Source of the DNA: an uncultured Polaribacter sp.
Lineage (GTDB): Bacteria > Bacteroidota > Bacteroidia > Flavobacteriales > Flavobacteriaceae
Assembly: GCA_913050305.1 (NCBI GenBank)
Contig: CAJXAS010000001.1
Span: 1 to 55,785 of the forward strand
Length of the DNA stretch: 55,785 bases
Direction of reading: 5' to 3'
Every line of letters begins with the position of its first letter. The first letter of the stretch is position 1. This document shows positions 39,379 to 50,310 of this stretch, one piece after another. The notes beneath the pieces are model-generated. The model saw nothing but the letters and a program-made list of their open reading frames with translations, was not told the DNA's origin and did no database searches. A program made the translations under genes and the position numbers.

Positions 39379-42300
39379 ATGAAAATCAAAAAGGTACTTG
39401 TCGCTAATAGAGGTGAAATCGCAATTAGAATATTTAGAGCCTGTGCGGAGATAAATATAAAGACAGTAGGAATCTATACTTTTGAAGATCGATATTCTTT
39501 ACATCGATATAAAGCCGATGAATCTTACCAAATTGGTGAAAATAATCAACCTTTAAAACCGTATCTAAATATTGATGCTATTATAAATGTAGCACTCGAG
39601 AATGATGCAGATGCTATTCATCCAGGTTATGGTTTTCTATCGGAAAATGCAGATTTTGCCCTAAAATGTAAAGAAAATAATATTATTTTTGTGGGACCAA
39701 AAGTATCCGTTTTAAAATCTTTAGGGGATAAAATTACCGCGAAAAAAGTAGCTATTGCAAATGATATTCCAATTATTGAAAGTAATAAAAATCCGTTAGA
39801 AAGTCTTGAAGTTGCGCTAATTGAAGCTCAAAACATAGGGTATCCATTAATGCTAAAAGCCGCTTCTGGAGGCGGTGGCCGTGGAATGCGGGTCATCAGA
39901 AAGGAAGAAGAACTAAAAAAAGCTTTTAATGAAAGCAAGCGAGAAGCTTTAAATGCTTTTGGAGATGATACAGTTTTTTTAGAAAAATTTGTAGAGAATC
40001 CGAAGCACATAGAAATACAAATTGTTGCTGACAATTTAGGAAATACTGTGCATTTATTTGAGCGTGACTGTTCTGTGCAAAGACGTTATCAAAAAGTAAT
40101 TGAGTTTGCACCTTCCTTTGGATTAAAAGAAGAAATTAAAAATGATTTATACAGATATGCCATCAAAATATGTAAAGCTGTAAATTATAATAATATTGGT
40201 ACTGTAGAGTTTTTGGTTGATGATGACGGCTCTATTTACTTTATTGAAGTAAATCCTAGAATTCAAGTAGAGCACACGGTAACAGAGGTTGTTACAAATA
40301 TAGATTTAGTAAAGACACAATTATTTATTGCTGGTGGTTATCCATTAGATAGTCAGCAAATAAAAATATCAAATCAAGAAGCAATAAAAATTACAGGATA
40401 TGCTTTGCAATGTCGAATAACCACAGAAGATCCGCAAAACGACTTTAAACCAGATTTTGGTACGATTTCGACTTACAGAAGTGCATCTGGTTTCGGAATT
40501 CGTTTAGATGCTGGTAGTGTGTATCAAGGTGTAACTATCTCGCCATTTTTCGACTCCATGTTGGTTAAAGTTACTGCAAATAGCAGAACCTTAGATGGCG
40601 CAATAAGAAAAGTTAGAAGAGCGTTAGGTGAGTTTAGAATCCGAGGTGTAAAAACGAATATGTCTTTTTTGGATAATATTTTGAGGCATGAAACTTTTAG
40701 GAAAGGAGAAATTACTGTTAATTTTATTAAATCTACGCCAGAATTATTTAATTTTAAAGCATCTAGAAATAGAGCGAATAAAATAGTTTCTTATATTGGG
40801 GATATTACAATAAATGGAAATGCAGATGTAAAGAAACTGGATACAACAAAAGTTTTTTTAGAGCCAAAAGTACCTAAGTTTGACGCGAATGCGGCTTACC
40901 CAAAAGGAACCAAAGATTTATTAACAGAATTAGGGCCGGAAAAATTTTCTACTTGGTTAAAAAATGAAAAGAAAATTCATTTTACAGACACTACAATGCG
41001 GGATGCGCATCAAAGTTTATTAGCGACAAGAATGCGAACTTTTGATATGTTAAAAGTAGCAGAAGGCTATGCAAAACAGCATCCAGAAATTTTTAGCATG
41101 GAAGTTTGGGGAGGTGCAACGTTTGATGTTTGTTTACGTTTTTTACAAGAAAACCCTTGGGAACGTTTACAGTTATTGAGAGCAAAGATGCCGAATGTAT
41201 TATTACAAATGCTTATTAGAGGTTCTAATGGCGTTGGTTATACAGCGTATGCAGATAATTTAATAGGTAAATTTGTAGAACAATCTTGGGAAAACGGTGT
41301 TGATTTATTTCGAGTTTTTGATTCTTTAAATTGGATGAAATCTATCGCGCCTTGTATAGAACATGTAAGGACAAAAACCAACGGTTTGGCAGAAGGTTCT
41401 ATTTGTTATACTAGCGATATTTTAGATGTTAAAAACACAAAGTATAATTTAAAATACTACATTAATTTAGCAAAAGAGATAGAAAATTCTGGTGCACATA
41501 TTTTAGGAATTAAAGATATGGCAGGTTTACTAAAACCGTATGCGGCTTCAGAGTTAATTACGGCTTTAAAATCAGAAATAAATATACCATTGCATTTACA
41601 TACGCATGATACATCATCAATACAATCTGCTACTTATTTAAAGGCAATTGAAGCTGGAGTAGATGTAGTAGATGTTGCTTTAAGCGGACTTTCTGGCTTA
41701 ACATCACAACCGAATTTTAACTCGATTGTAGAAATGATGAAGTTTCATGAGAGAGAAAATGCGATCAATACAACTTCTTTAAACGAATATTCTAATTATT
41801 GGGAAGCCGTAAGAGAATATTATTATCCTTTTGAATCTGGTTTAAAAGCTGGTTCTAGTGAAGTATATAAACATGAAATTCCTGGTGGACAATATTCTAA
41901 TTTAAAACCACAAGCGCAGTCATTGGGTCTAGAAAATCGTTTTCATGAAATCACTAAAATGTACGGAGAGGTTAATACGTTATTTGGAAATATTGTAAAA
42001 GTAACACCGAGTTCTAAAGTCGTTGGTGATATGGCGCAATATTTGGTGAGTAATAATTTAACGATTACTGATGTTTTAGAAAAAGGAGATACCATTTCTT
42101 TTCCGAAATCTGTGGTTAGTTTTTTTAAGGGAGATTTGGGGCAACCTGTTAACGGATTTCCAAAAAGGCTTCAGAAACTAATTTTAAAAGATCAACAACC
42201 TTTTACAGAAAGACCAAATACTCATATTCCGCCAATAGATTTCGAAATAGAATATGCAGAATTTAAAAGAATTTTTGAAAGTGATTTTGGAAGAAATATC

Positions 42301-42831
42301 GATTTCACTGATTTTCTATCGTACAAATTATATCCGAAAGTATTTACAGATGCTTACAATAATCACTTAAAATATGATAATTTAACAAACCTACCAACTA
42401 AAAACTTTTTCTATGGTATGGAACGAGGAGAAGAAATTACGGTAGAATTAGATAGAGGTAAAACATTGTTGATTACATTAGATTCTGTTGGAATGCCAAA
42501 TATAGAAGGAATGGTTACTGTTTATTTTAGAGTAAACGGTCAAGGAAGAACTGTGCAGGTTAAAGATTTGTCTATAAATGTTAAAACGGTTTCAAATAGA
42601 AAAGTAGATAAGAATAATGCTGGTCAAATAGGTTCACCTTTGCAAGGTATGCTGTCTACTATTTTGGTTAATGAAGGTGATAAAGTTGTAAAGAATCAGT
42701 CTTTATTTATTATAGAAGCGATGAAAATGGAAACAACAATTACGGCAATAGAAGATGCTACCATTAAAAAAATAATTTTAAAAGAAGGATCATTAGTGAA
42801 TTCTGATGATTTGGTAATTCAATTGAAGTAA
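39379..42831 (+). CDS. pyc: Pyruvate carboxylase
   Basis: Biotin carboxylase (VANRGEIA, GGGGRG), carboxyltransferase (RDAHQSL, HTH), biotin site EAMKM. Confidence 0.97.
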   Translation: MKIKKVLVANRGEIAIRIFRACAEINIKTVGIYTFEDRYSLHRYKADESYQIGENNQPLKPYLNIDAIINVALENDADAIHPGYGFLSENADFALKCKENNIIFVGPKVSVLKSLGDKITAKKVAIANDIPIIESNKNPLESLEVALIEAQNIGYPLMLKAASGGGGRGMRVIRKEEELKKAFNESKREALNAFGDDTVFLEKFVENPKHIEIQIVADNLGNTVHLFERDCSVQRRYQKVIEFAPSFGLKEEIKNDLYRYAIKICKAVNYNNIGTVEFLVDDDGSIYFIEVNPRIQVEHTVTEVVTNIDLVKTQLFIAGGYPLDSQQIKISNQEAIKITGYALQCRITTEDPQNDFKPDFGTISTYRSASGFGIRLDAGSVYQGVTISPFFDSMLVKVTANSRTLDGAIRKVRRALGEFRIRGVKTNMSFLDNILRHETFRKGEITVNFIKSTPELFNFKASRNRANKIVSYIGDITINGNADVKKLDTTKVFLEPKVPKFDANAAYPKGTKDLLTELGPEKFSTWLKNEKKIHFTDTTMRDAHQSLLATRMRTFDMLKVAEGYAKQHPEIFSMEVWGGATFDVCLRFLQENPWERLQLLRAKMPNVLLQMLIRGSNGVGYTAYADNLIGKFVEQSWENGVDLFRVFDSLNWMKSIAPCIEHVRTKTNGLAEGSICYTSDILDVKNTKYNLKYYINLAKEIENSGAHILGIKDMAGLLKPYAASELITALKSEINIPLHLHTHDTSSIQSATYLKAIEAGVDVVDVALSGLSGLTSQPNFNSIVEMMKFHERENAINTTSLNEYSNYWEAVREYYYPFESGLKAGSSEVYKHEIPGGQYSNLKPQAQSLGLENRFHEITKMYGEVNTLFGNIVKVTPSSKVVGDMAQYLVSNNLTITDVLEKGDTISFPKSVVSFFKGDLGQPVNGFPKRLQKLILKDQQPFTERPNTHIPPIDFEIEYAEFKRIFESDFGRNIDFTDFLSYKLYPKVFTDAYNNHLKYDNLTNLPTKNFFYGMERGEEITVELDRGKTLLITLDSVGMPNIEGMVTVYFRVNGQGRTVQVKDLSINVKTVSNRKVDKNNAGQIGSPLQGMLSTILVNEGDKVVKNQSLFIIEAMKMETTITAIEDATIKKIILKEGSLVNSDDLVIQLK

Positions 42832-42980
42832 TGTCATTTCAATTTTGCAGTGAAGTATAAATAAGTAATATTATTTTTTGATTCAGTTGGATTTTAAAAA
42901 ATTAGCATAGTTATCTTTATGCTAATTGTTTAATGATAAAATAAAATAAATAATTTATAAGGTTAAATAGTCTTTGAAAG

Positions 42981-44810
42981 TTAGGACAAAGATTGCATAG
43001 AAACTAATTTAAAATATTCGCCTTTTAAAGCTAATAATTCTTCATGTTTGCCTTGTTCTGCAATTTTTCCTTTCTTCATAACCACAATAGTGTCTGCTTT
43101 TTGAATCGTAGATAAGCGGTGTGCAATTACCAGAGAGGTTCTATTTTGCATCATTTTTTCTAGTGCAGTTTGAACCAATTGTTCAGACTCTGTATCTAAA
43201 GCAGAAGTTGCTTCATCTAAAATCATAATTGGTGGATTCTTTAAAACAGCCCTTGCAATAGATAAACGTTGTTTTTGTCCGCCAGAAAGTGTGTTTCCAC
43301 TATCGCCAATATTTGTTTCATATTTTTCAGGTAAATTCTGAATAAACTCATCTGCATTGGCAATTTGAGCAGCTTCTAAAATTGCTTCTTCTGTTGCAGC
43401 TTGCGTTCCTAATTTAATATTATTTGCGATGGTATCATTAAATAGAATGGAATCTTGAGAAACAATGCCCATTAAATTTCGTAAAGATTTTTTTGTAACG
43501 TCTTTAATGTTTTGGTCATCAATAAGCACCTCTCCCTTATTAACGTCGTAAAAACGAGTAATTAGGTTTGCTAAGGTAGATTTACCACTTCCAGATTGCC
43601 CAACTAAAGCAACTGTTTCGCCTTTATTAATGGTTAAAGAAAAGTCCTTTAAAACAAAAGTATCTTTATATTTAAAAGAGATGTTCTTGAATTCAATTTT
43701 ATTTATAAAACCATCTTTTAAAGCTGCATTAGGTTTGTCTTTAATACTGTTTTCTGTATTCAAAACTTCCATAATTCTTTCGGCAGAAGCCTCACCTTTT
43801 TGAATATTATAATAGGCAGTTGTAATTGCTTTTATCGGATTTAAAACGGTGTAAAACAAAACAATGTACCCGAAAAACTCTTCAGCTTTTAAGGGACTGT
43901 TATTCTCTAAAACTAATTTTCCACCATAATATAAAATAGCAATAATAGTTGCAGAGCCCAAAAACTCACTCATGGGTGAGGCCAGAGTTTTTCGATGTAA
44001 TACACTTGACATTAAGTTTCGAAACTTAGTTGTAGAAGTATTAAATTTTTCTTGAATTACTTTCTCAGCATTAAAACCTTTTATAATTTTTAAGCCAGTT
44101 AAGGTTTCTTCAATAAAAGATAAAAAATTACCAGTTTCCTTTTGTGCTTTGAGGGAATTTGCTTTTAGTTTTTTACTGATAGATGAAATTATAAATCCAG
44201 AAACAGGTAACAAAACAAATACAAATAAAGTTAACTTTACGCTGAGGATTAACATCATTGTTAAAGAAATAATTACGGTTAAAGGCTCTCTTACAATGGC
44301 CTCTAAAGAGGTTAGAAAAGAAACTTCAACTTCCTGTACATCTATTGTCATTCTTGCAATAATATCCCCTTTTTTCTTTTCAGAAAAATAGGCAAGAGGT
44401 AATGTTATTATTTTATGATATAATTTATCTCGGATATCTTTTACGATTCCATTTCTCAAAAACACAAGTACATAAGAGGCTAAATAGCGAAATAAATTTT
44501 TGAATAAGAACAGACTAAAGGTAAGTAAGCAGATAAAAAACAACACTTCAATAGCGCCTTCATTTTCTATTTTTTGAGAAATAAAATAATAGAAACTTTC
44601 TTTTGCATACGCAGCAATACTTCTGATACCTGTGTATAATGGAACTTTTATAACGGTGTTGTCTGTATTAAATAAAATGCCTAAAACAGGAATAAAAGCC
44701 AACACAGAAAGCACATTAAAGATCGCATAAAGTATGTTGAACAGAATGTTTAGAATTGTAAACTTCCGATACTTTTTCTCATATCTTAAAATGTCCTTAA
44801 AATAGCTCAT
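42981..44810 (-). CDS. ABC exporter, fused permease/ATPase (MsbA-like)
   Basis: TM domain plus GQSGSGKS, LSGGQKQR, LDEATSALD. Confidence 0.9.
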   Translation of the reverse strand: MSYFKDILRYEKKYRKFTILNILFNILYAIFNVLSVLAFIPVLGILFNTDNTVIKVPLYTGIRSIAAYAKESFYYFISQKIENEGAIEVLFFICLLTFSLFLFKNLFRYLASYVLVFLRNGIVKDIRDKLYHKIITLPLAYFSEKKKGDIIARMTIDVQEVEVSFLTSLEAIVREPLTVIISLTMMLILSVKLTLFVFVLLPVSGFIISSISKKLKANSLKAQKETGNFLSFIEETLTGLKIIKGFNAEKVIQEKFNTSTTKFRNLMSSVLHRKTLASPMSEFLGSATIIAILYYGGKLVLENNSPLKAEEFFGYIVLFYTVLNPIKAITTAYYNIQKGEASAERIMEVLNTENSIKDKPNAALKDGFINKIEFKNISFKYKDTFVLKDFSLTINKGETVALVGQSGSGKSTLANLITRFYDVNKGEVLIDDQNIKDVTKKSLRNLMGIVSQDSILFNDTIANNIKLGTQAATEEAILEAAQIANADEFIQNLPEKYETNIGDSGNTLSGGQKQRLSIARAVLKNPPIMILDEATSALDTESEQLVQTALEKMMQNRTSLVIAHRLSTIQKADTIVVMKKGKIAEQGKHEELLALKGEYFKLVSMQSLS

Positions 44811-46525
44811 TAATTTAGTTTCATTTCTTTTATAATTCGTTGAATTTTAGCATCTAAATCTGCTTCAACCTTTATAGCGTTTTTCTTAGCATCTAAAGAA
44901 GTGTTTACACTGAAGTAGAATTTTATTTTAGGTTCTGTACCACTTGGTCTTGCTGCTATTCTAGTACCATTGGCAGTTTGATAAATTAAAACATTCGATT
45001 TCGGTAAATCGATTTTTGTTACTTTGCCAGTAATTAAGTTTTTAACAGTAGATGCTTGATAATCACTTAGCGATACTACTTGTTCTCCATCAATCTCTGA
45101 TAACGGACTGTTGCGCATGTCACTTAACATTTGCTGAATTTCTGCAGCACCGTCCATTCCTTTTTTAGTGATTGCTATTAGGTGCTCTTTGTAAAAATTA
45201 TTTCTAAGGTAAATAGCCAATAATTCTTCATAGAAAGAACTACCGTTTTGTTTTGCATGTGCTGCAATCTCACAAGCTAATAAAGTAGCTGTTACCGCAT
45301 CTTTGTCTCTAACAAATTCGCCAACCATATATCCAAAACTCTCTTCACCACCGCCAATAAAATCTAATTCCGGAAAATCTTTCACCATTTTGGCAATCCA
45401 TTTAAAACCAGTTAAACCAACTTTAGTTTCAACACCGTAAGTTTTTGTTATTTCACCTACTAACTCTGTGGTCACAATGGTAGAACCTACAAATTGTTTT
45501 CCATTTATTTTACCTTCTTCTCTCCATTTTTTTAACAAGAATTCTGTCATAACAACCATTGTCTGGTTGCCATTCATTAGTTTCATCTTTCCATCGGTAT
45601 CTCTTACAGCAACTCCCAGTCTATCGCAATCTGGGTCAGTACCAATTACAATATCGGCACCAATTTTATTTGCCAAGTCAGTTGCCATTTTTAAAGCTTC
45701 TGGTTCTTCTGGATTTGGCGATTTTACCGTAGGAAAATCTCCATTTGGTACTCTTTGCTCTTCAACAATGTGCACATCTGTATACCCCGCTTTTGCTAAA
45801 GCATCTGGCACGGAAACAATAGAAGTACCGTGCAAAGAAGTAAAGACTACTTTTAAATTTTTTCGATCAATATTAGGAAACAAAGAACCATTTTTTACAG
45901 CAGCATCTATAAATATGTCATCTACTTCTTTGCCTATGGTTTCAATTAAAGTTTCATTTGCAGTAAATTTAATTTCAGAAAAATCTAAAGCATTTACGTT
46001 TGCTATAATTTTACCATCATGCGGAGGTACAATTTGTCCGCCATCTGCCCAATATACTTTGTAACCGTTATATTCTGGAGGGTTGTGAGAAGCCGTTAGA
46101 ACAATACCTGCATCGCAATCTAAATGTCGCACTGCAAAAGATAATTCTGGTGTTGCTCTTAAATCTTCAAATAAATAAACCTTTATATTGTTAGCAGATA
46201 AAACGTCTGCAACAATTTTTGCAAACTTTTTACTGTTATGTCTACAATCATAAGCAATAACTACTTTTAATTGATTTTTGTCTACATTTTCTATTAGGTA
46301 ATTAGACAAACCCTGTGTTGCTCTACCTAACGTATATTTATTAATTCTGTTGGTTCCTGCGCCCATAACTCCTCGCATTCCACCTGTTCCAAATTCCATG
46401 TTTTTATAGAATCTGTCCTCTAAATCAGGAGCATTAGTAGTAATTAATTGTTCAATTTCTTGCTGCGTTGCTGCATCAAAAGTAGCACTTAACCACTGCT
46501 TTGCTTTGTCTAGTATTTCACTCAT
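44810..46525 (-). CDS. Phosphoglucomutase / phosphomannomutase
   Basis: FGTGG.RG, TASHNP, DPDCDR, GEES, R.SGTEPK. Confidence 0.93.
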   Translation of the reverse strand: MSEILDKAKQWLSATFDAATQQEIEQLITTNAPDLEDRFYKNMEFGTGGMRGVMGAGTNRINKYTLGRATQGLSNYLIENVDKNQLKVVIAYDCRHNSKKFAKIVADVLSANNIKVYLFEDLRATPELSFAVRHLDCDAGIVLTASHNPPEYNGYKVYWADGGQIVPPHDGKIIANVNALDFSEIKFTANETLIETIGKEVDDIFIDAAVKNGSLFPNIDRKNLKVVFTSLHGTSIVSVPDALAKAGYTDVHIVEEQRVPNGDFPTVKSPNPEEPEALKMATDLANKIGADIVIGTDPDCDRLGVAVRDTDGKMKLMNGNQTMVVMTEFLLKKWREEGKINGKQFVGSTIVTTELVGEITKTYGVETKVGLTGFKWIAKMVKDFPELDFIGGGEESFGYMVGEFVRDKDAVTATLLACEIAAHAKQNGSSFYEELLAIYLRNNFYKEHLIAITKKGMDGAAEIQQMLSDMRNSPLSEIDGEQVVSLSDYQASTVKNLITGKVTKIDLPKSNVLIYQTANGTRIAARPSGTEPKIKFYFSVNTSLDAKKNAIKVEADLDAKIQRIIKEMKLN

Positions 46526-46566
46526 TTTTAAATATAAATTATGGTATTAAAATGCAAATATACATT

Positions 46567-47523
46567 TTAGAAATTGAGTTTTTCTTTTATTGAATAGTGT
46601 TTTTCGTTGCTTTTGGTCTTAATTATTAATTCGCCAATAAAACCTGCTAAAAATAATAAAGTACCTAAAATCATTGAAGTTAAGGCAATAAAAAACCAAG
46701 GATTGTCTGTGATTAGAATTGTTTTAATGTCGTTAAAGACTTTGTATAATTTAAAAACACCAATATAAAATGCGGTTGTTGTTCCAAATAGAAACATCAA
46801 TGATCCCCAAAGACCAAAGAAATGCATTGGGCGTTTGCCGAATTTAGACAAAAAGGAAATGGTAATTAAGTCTAAAAAACCATTTATGAATCGGTCCATA
46901 CCAAATTTAGTAACTCCGTATTTTCTTGCTTGGTGTTGTACTACTTTTTCACCAATTTTAGTAAAACCCTCGTTTTTGGCCAGCACAGGAATATAGCGGT
47001 GCATTTCTCCACTAACCTTAACCGTTTTAATAACGATATTCTTATAAGCTTTTAAACCACAATTAAAGTCGTTTAGCTTTAAGCCAGATGTTTTTCTAGC
47101 AGCTGCATTAAATAATTTTGAAGGAATATTTTTTGTAATAACATTGTCATACCGTTTCTTTTTCCAGCCAGAAATAAGATCGTAATCGTCTTTTACAATA
47201 AGGTCATATAATGCTGGTATTTCATCCGGATTGTCTTGTAAATCTGCATCCATTGTTATGACTACAGCGCCTTTTGCCATTTCAAAACCGGCATCTAGAG
47301 CTTGAGATTTTCCAAAGTTTTTTTGAAAACGAATTCCTTTCACCCCGGAATTTGCTGCTGATAATTTTTCAATTACATTCCAAGAACTATCTGTACTACC
47401 ATCATCAATAAAAATAATTTCATACATAAAACGATTGGATTGCATAACTTTTGCAATCCAATCGTGTAATTCTTGTAAAGATTCTTCTTCATTAAGAAGA
47501 GGTATTATTACCGAAATATCCAT
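46567..47523 (-). CDS. GT2 polyprenyl-phosphate glycosyltransferase (ArnC/GtrB-like)
   Basis: DDGSTD, NFGKS.A, DADLQD.P, two C-terminal TMs. Confidence 0.88.
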   Translation of the reverse strand: MDISVIIPLLNEEESLQELHDWIAKVMQSNRFMYEIIFIDDGSTDSSWNVIEKLSAANSGVKGIRFQKNFGKSQALDAGFEMAKGAVVITMDADLQDNPDEIPALYDLIVKDDYDLISGWKKKRYDNVITKNIPSKLFNAAARKTSGLKLNDFNCGLKAYKNIVIKTVKVSGEMHRYIPVLAKNEGFTKIGEKVVQHQARKYGVTKFGMDRFINGFLDLITISFLSKFGKRPMHFFGLWGSLMFLFGTTTAFYIGVFKLYKVFNDIKTILITDNPWFFIALTSMILGTLLFLAGFIGELIIKTKSNEKHYSIKEKLNF

Positions 47524-47587
47524 ATGTTGATATGAAGTTTAATCCTTTAAGTTATCATTTAAAACTTATAGAATTTAAATATATTGT

Positions 47588-48109
47588 TTAATACGTTTCT
47601 TCTTCTGATTTTTTCATAATAGCTGCACCAATAGCAGAAACTATAAAGCCACCAATAGCATAGCTAATAATTCCAACTGCGGCCATAATACCTGGAGTTG
47701 AAAAAGACGAAGTCATTTTATTTGCAGCTTCAATTTGTTCTTCAGTTAAACCTTGATCTAAATATGTTTGATTCTGGATTTCCATCATTTGATTCATGAA
47801 ATCAGGTTCAAGAAAGTTTATAAAAAGATATTGATAAATTACTACAATTAAACTACCTACAATAGCAACTCCAACACCAATTTTAACACCTTGACCCCAA
47901 GATAAAAAATTATCATTTGCTTCTTTAAATTGTTTTATACCATAAATAATTATTCCAATAAATATGATTGCATTTATTACAGATGCAGACCAATGAGGAG
48001 TTAAATGATTACCGGTAGCGTACAAAACAAGTGCAAAGAGAATACTTGCAACACCTAAAATGATACCATTGTTTACCATAAAACTTTTACTACTTACTTG
48101 ATTCTCCAT
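47588..48109 (-). CDS. DUF4199 membrane protein
   Basis: Four TM helices; usual position upstream of the GT2-phosphomutase-ABC cluster in Bacteroidota. Confidence 0.75.
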   Translation of the reverse strand: MENQVSSKSFMVNNGIILGVASILFALVLYATGNHLTPHWSASVINAIIFIGIIIYGIKQFKEANDNFLSWGQGVKIGVGVAIVGSLIVVIYQYLFINFLEPDFMNQMMEIQNQTYLDQGLTEEQIEAANKMTSSFSTPGIMAAVGIISYAIGGFIVSAIGAAIMKKSEEETY

Positions 48110-48272
48110 ATTTTCTTTATTTTAATTGTTTTACAAATATATTCTTTTCATTGAGATAGTCTTATTTTTTACAAATTATTATAAAATCTCAAAACAACAT
48201 ATTAGTAGTCAATACCTTAAAAATGTTACAAAAAATTAGTGTTTTTTTAATTGTTTAAATAAAAAAAGCTTG

Positions 48273-48280
48273 TAAATTTG
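48273..48280 (+). promoter_or_regulatory. -7 box of the SRP RNA promoter
   Basis: TAAATTTG ends 3 nt before the RNA's terminal helix. Confidence 0.7.
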
Positions 48281-48283
48281 CCA

Positions 48284-48379
48284 TGGCAAGTTCTACACAA
48301 CTAGCTCCCTTTGAATCCTCCAGGGCGGGAACGCAGCAAAGGTATTAGGTTGTAGCGGTGTGATGTAGGTAGCTTGCCA
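48284..48379 (+). ncRNA. ffs: Small bacterial SRP RNA (4.5S)
   Basis: GC-rich long hairpin closed by TGGCAAG/CTTGCCA. Domain IV CAGG-GCG-GGAA-CGC-AGCA has a GGAA tetraloop. A T-run follows. Confidence 0.9.
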
Positions 48380-48514
48380 TTTTTTATGCCCTAAATTCTC
48401 GTTTAGAGTTTTCTTTTTATTCTTTATATTATTTACCATTCTCTTTTTTTGATTCCTTAACTTACTTTTTCGATATTTGTATAATTATTGAATCTTTCAA
48501 TCATTTCATGTTTT

Positions 48515-49318
48515 ATGAGCAAAGTTGTTTTAGTTACGGGTGCTTCTTCTGGTATTGGAAAAGCGATTGCTACTTTTTTATATTCAAAAGGATATACAGT
48601 ATATGGTACAAGTAGAAATCCAAAAAATGAGAAAGATTTTTCTTTTGAATTGATAGCTTTAGACGTTTTGAAGTTAGATAGTATTAATTCTGCAGTTAAT
48701 TATATTTTTGAAAAGGAAGGGAGATTAGATGTGCTAGTAAATAATGCAGGAATGGGAATTACAGGACCTGTTGAGGAAACTCCTACAGACGAAATGCGTG
48801 CCGTTTTTAACACTAATTTATTTGGTGCTATAGATGTTATGAAAGCTGTTTTACCGCAGATGCGTAAGCAAAATGCAGGAGTAATTATAAATGTAACTTC
48901 TATTGCAGGGTATATGGGTTTGCCTTTTAGGGGTTTGTATTCTGCTACAAAAGGTGCTTTAGAAATTGTAACAGAGGCTGCAAGAATGGAAGTTAAAAAC
49001 TTCGGAATTGAGATTGTAAATGTGGCTCCTGGAGATTTTGCAACTAATATTGCAGCAGGAAGATACCATACACCAGTTTTTGCAAACTCTGCTTACAAGG
49101 ACAATTATCAGACTAATTTAGATTTAATGGATGCGCATGTTGGAAGCGGAATGGATCCGCTAGAAATGGCGAAAATTGTTTATAAAATAACCAATACAAA
49201 ACATCCTAAAATTCATTATAAAGTGGGTGGGTTTGTGGAAAAATTTTCAATTTTTTTAAAACGAATTTTGCCAGATAAGATGTACGAAAAGTTATTAATG
49301 AACCATTATAAATTATAA
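48515..49318 (+). CDS. SDR-family oxidoreductase
   Basis: TGASSGIG, NNAG, YSATK. ATG at 48515. Confidence 0.92.
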   Translation: MSKVVLVTGASSGIGKAIATFLYSKGYTVYGTSRNPKNEKDFSFELIALDVLKLDSINSAVNYIFEKEGRLDVLVNNAGMGITGPVEETPTDEMRAVFNTNLFGAIDVMKAVLPQMRKQNAGVIINVTSIAGYMGLPFRGLYSATKGALEIVTEAARMEVKNFGIEIVNVAPGDFATNIAAGRYHTPVFANSAYKDNYQTNLDLMDAHVGSGMDPLEMAKIVYKITNTKHPKIHYKVGGFVEKFSIFLKRILPDKMYEKLLMNHYKL

Positions 49319-49515
49319 CACGGTGTCTTGTTTATAAGTAGTAAAGAAATACTTCTATTACACTTCTTAATTAGACTTGCAAGTACTTATCTTTGTGCGA
49401 GGAATTGTAATATTTGTTTGAGTTTTTTTGTAATAAATGAACAAAAATCGAATGTATCCAATCCAACCGCAAAGGAATGCCCAAAAAAGAAACAATCACA
49501 ACTAAATAGATACAA

Positions 49516-50169
49516 ATGAAATTTTTTATTGACACGGCAAATTTAGAGCAAATTAAAGAAGCGCAAGCTTTAGGGATTTTAGATGGTGTAACCACAAACC
49601 CGTCTTTAATGGCTAAAGAAGGAATTACTGGTGAAGCAAATATTATTAACCACTACAAAGAGATTTGTGAATTGGTAGAAGGAGATGTTTCTGCGGAAGT
49701 AATTTCTACAGATTTTGAGGGAATGGTAAGAGAAGGTGAAGCTTTGGCTGCATTGAATCCACAAATTGTGGTGAAATTACCAATGATAAAAGATGGTGTA
49801 AAGGCATGTAAATATTTTTCTTCTAAAGGAATTAAAACAAATGTAACATTAGTGTTCTCTGCAGGTCAAGCATTATTAGCTGCTAAGGCTGGCGCAACAT
49901 ACGTTTCGCCATTTATTGGTCGTTTAGACGATATTTCTACAGATGGTTTAAATCTAATTTCAGAAATTCGTTTAATTTATGACAATTACGGATTTGAGAC
50001 TCAAATTTTAGCTGCTTCTGTGCGTCATACAATGCACATTATAGATTGCGCAAAATTAGGTTCTGACGTTATGACTGGACCTTTAAGTGCAATTGAAGGT
50101 TTGTTAAGACATCCATTAACAGATAGCGGTTTGGCAAAGTTTTTAGCAGATTACCAAAAAGGGAATTAA
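49516..50169 (+). CDS. fsa: Transaldolase / fructose-6-phosphate aldolase family
   Basis: FIDTA, GVTTNPSL, VVKLP, SPFIGRLDD, AASVR. Confidence 0.92.
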   Translation: MKFFIDTANLEQIKEAQALGILDGVTTNPSLMAKEGITGEANIINHYKEICELVEGDVSAEVISTDFEGMVREGEALAALNPQIVVKLPMIKDGVKACKYFSSKGIKTNVTLVFSAGQALLAAKAGATYVSPFIGRLDDISTDGLNLISEIRLIYDNYGFETQILAASVRHTMHIIDCAKLGSDVMTGPLSAIEGLLRHPLTDSGLAKFLADYQKGN

Positions 50170-50191
50170 CCTCAGTAGTTAATTTTTCTAT

Positions 50192-50241
50192 AAAAAGTCA
50201 GAAAGTAAAAAGGTTTACCTTTAAAACTTTCTGACTTTTTT
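50192..50241 (+). terminator. Intrinsic terminator after fsa
   Basis: AAAAAGTCAGAAAGT...ACTTTCTGACTTTTTT, with an inner AAAGGT/ACCTTT stem. Confidence 0.75.
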
Positions 50242-50310
50242 CATCTTTAAGAATTCTCTTAATAATAAAACATTATAACTTGCAAACTTTGTACCTTTGT
50301 ACCCTTATAT

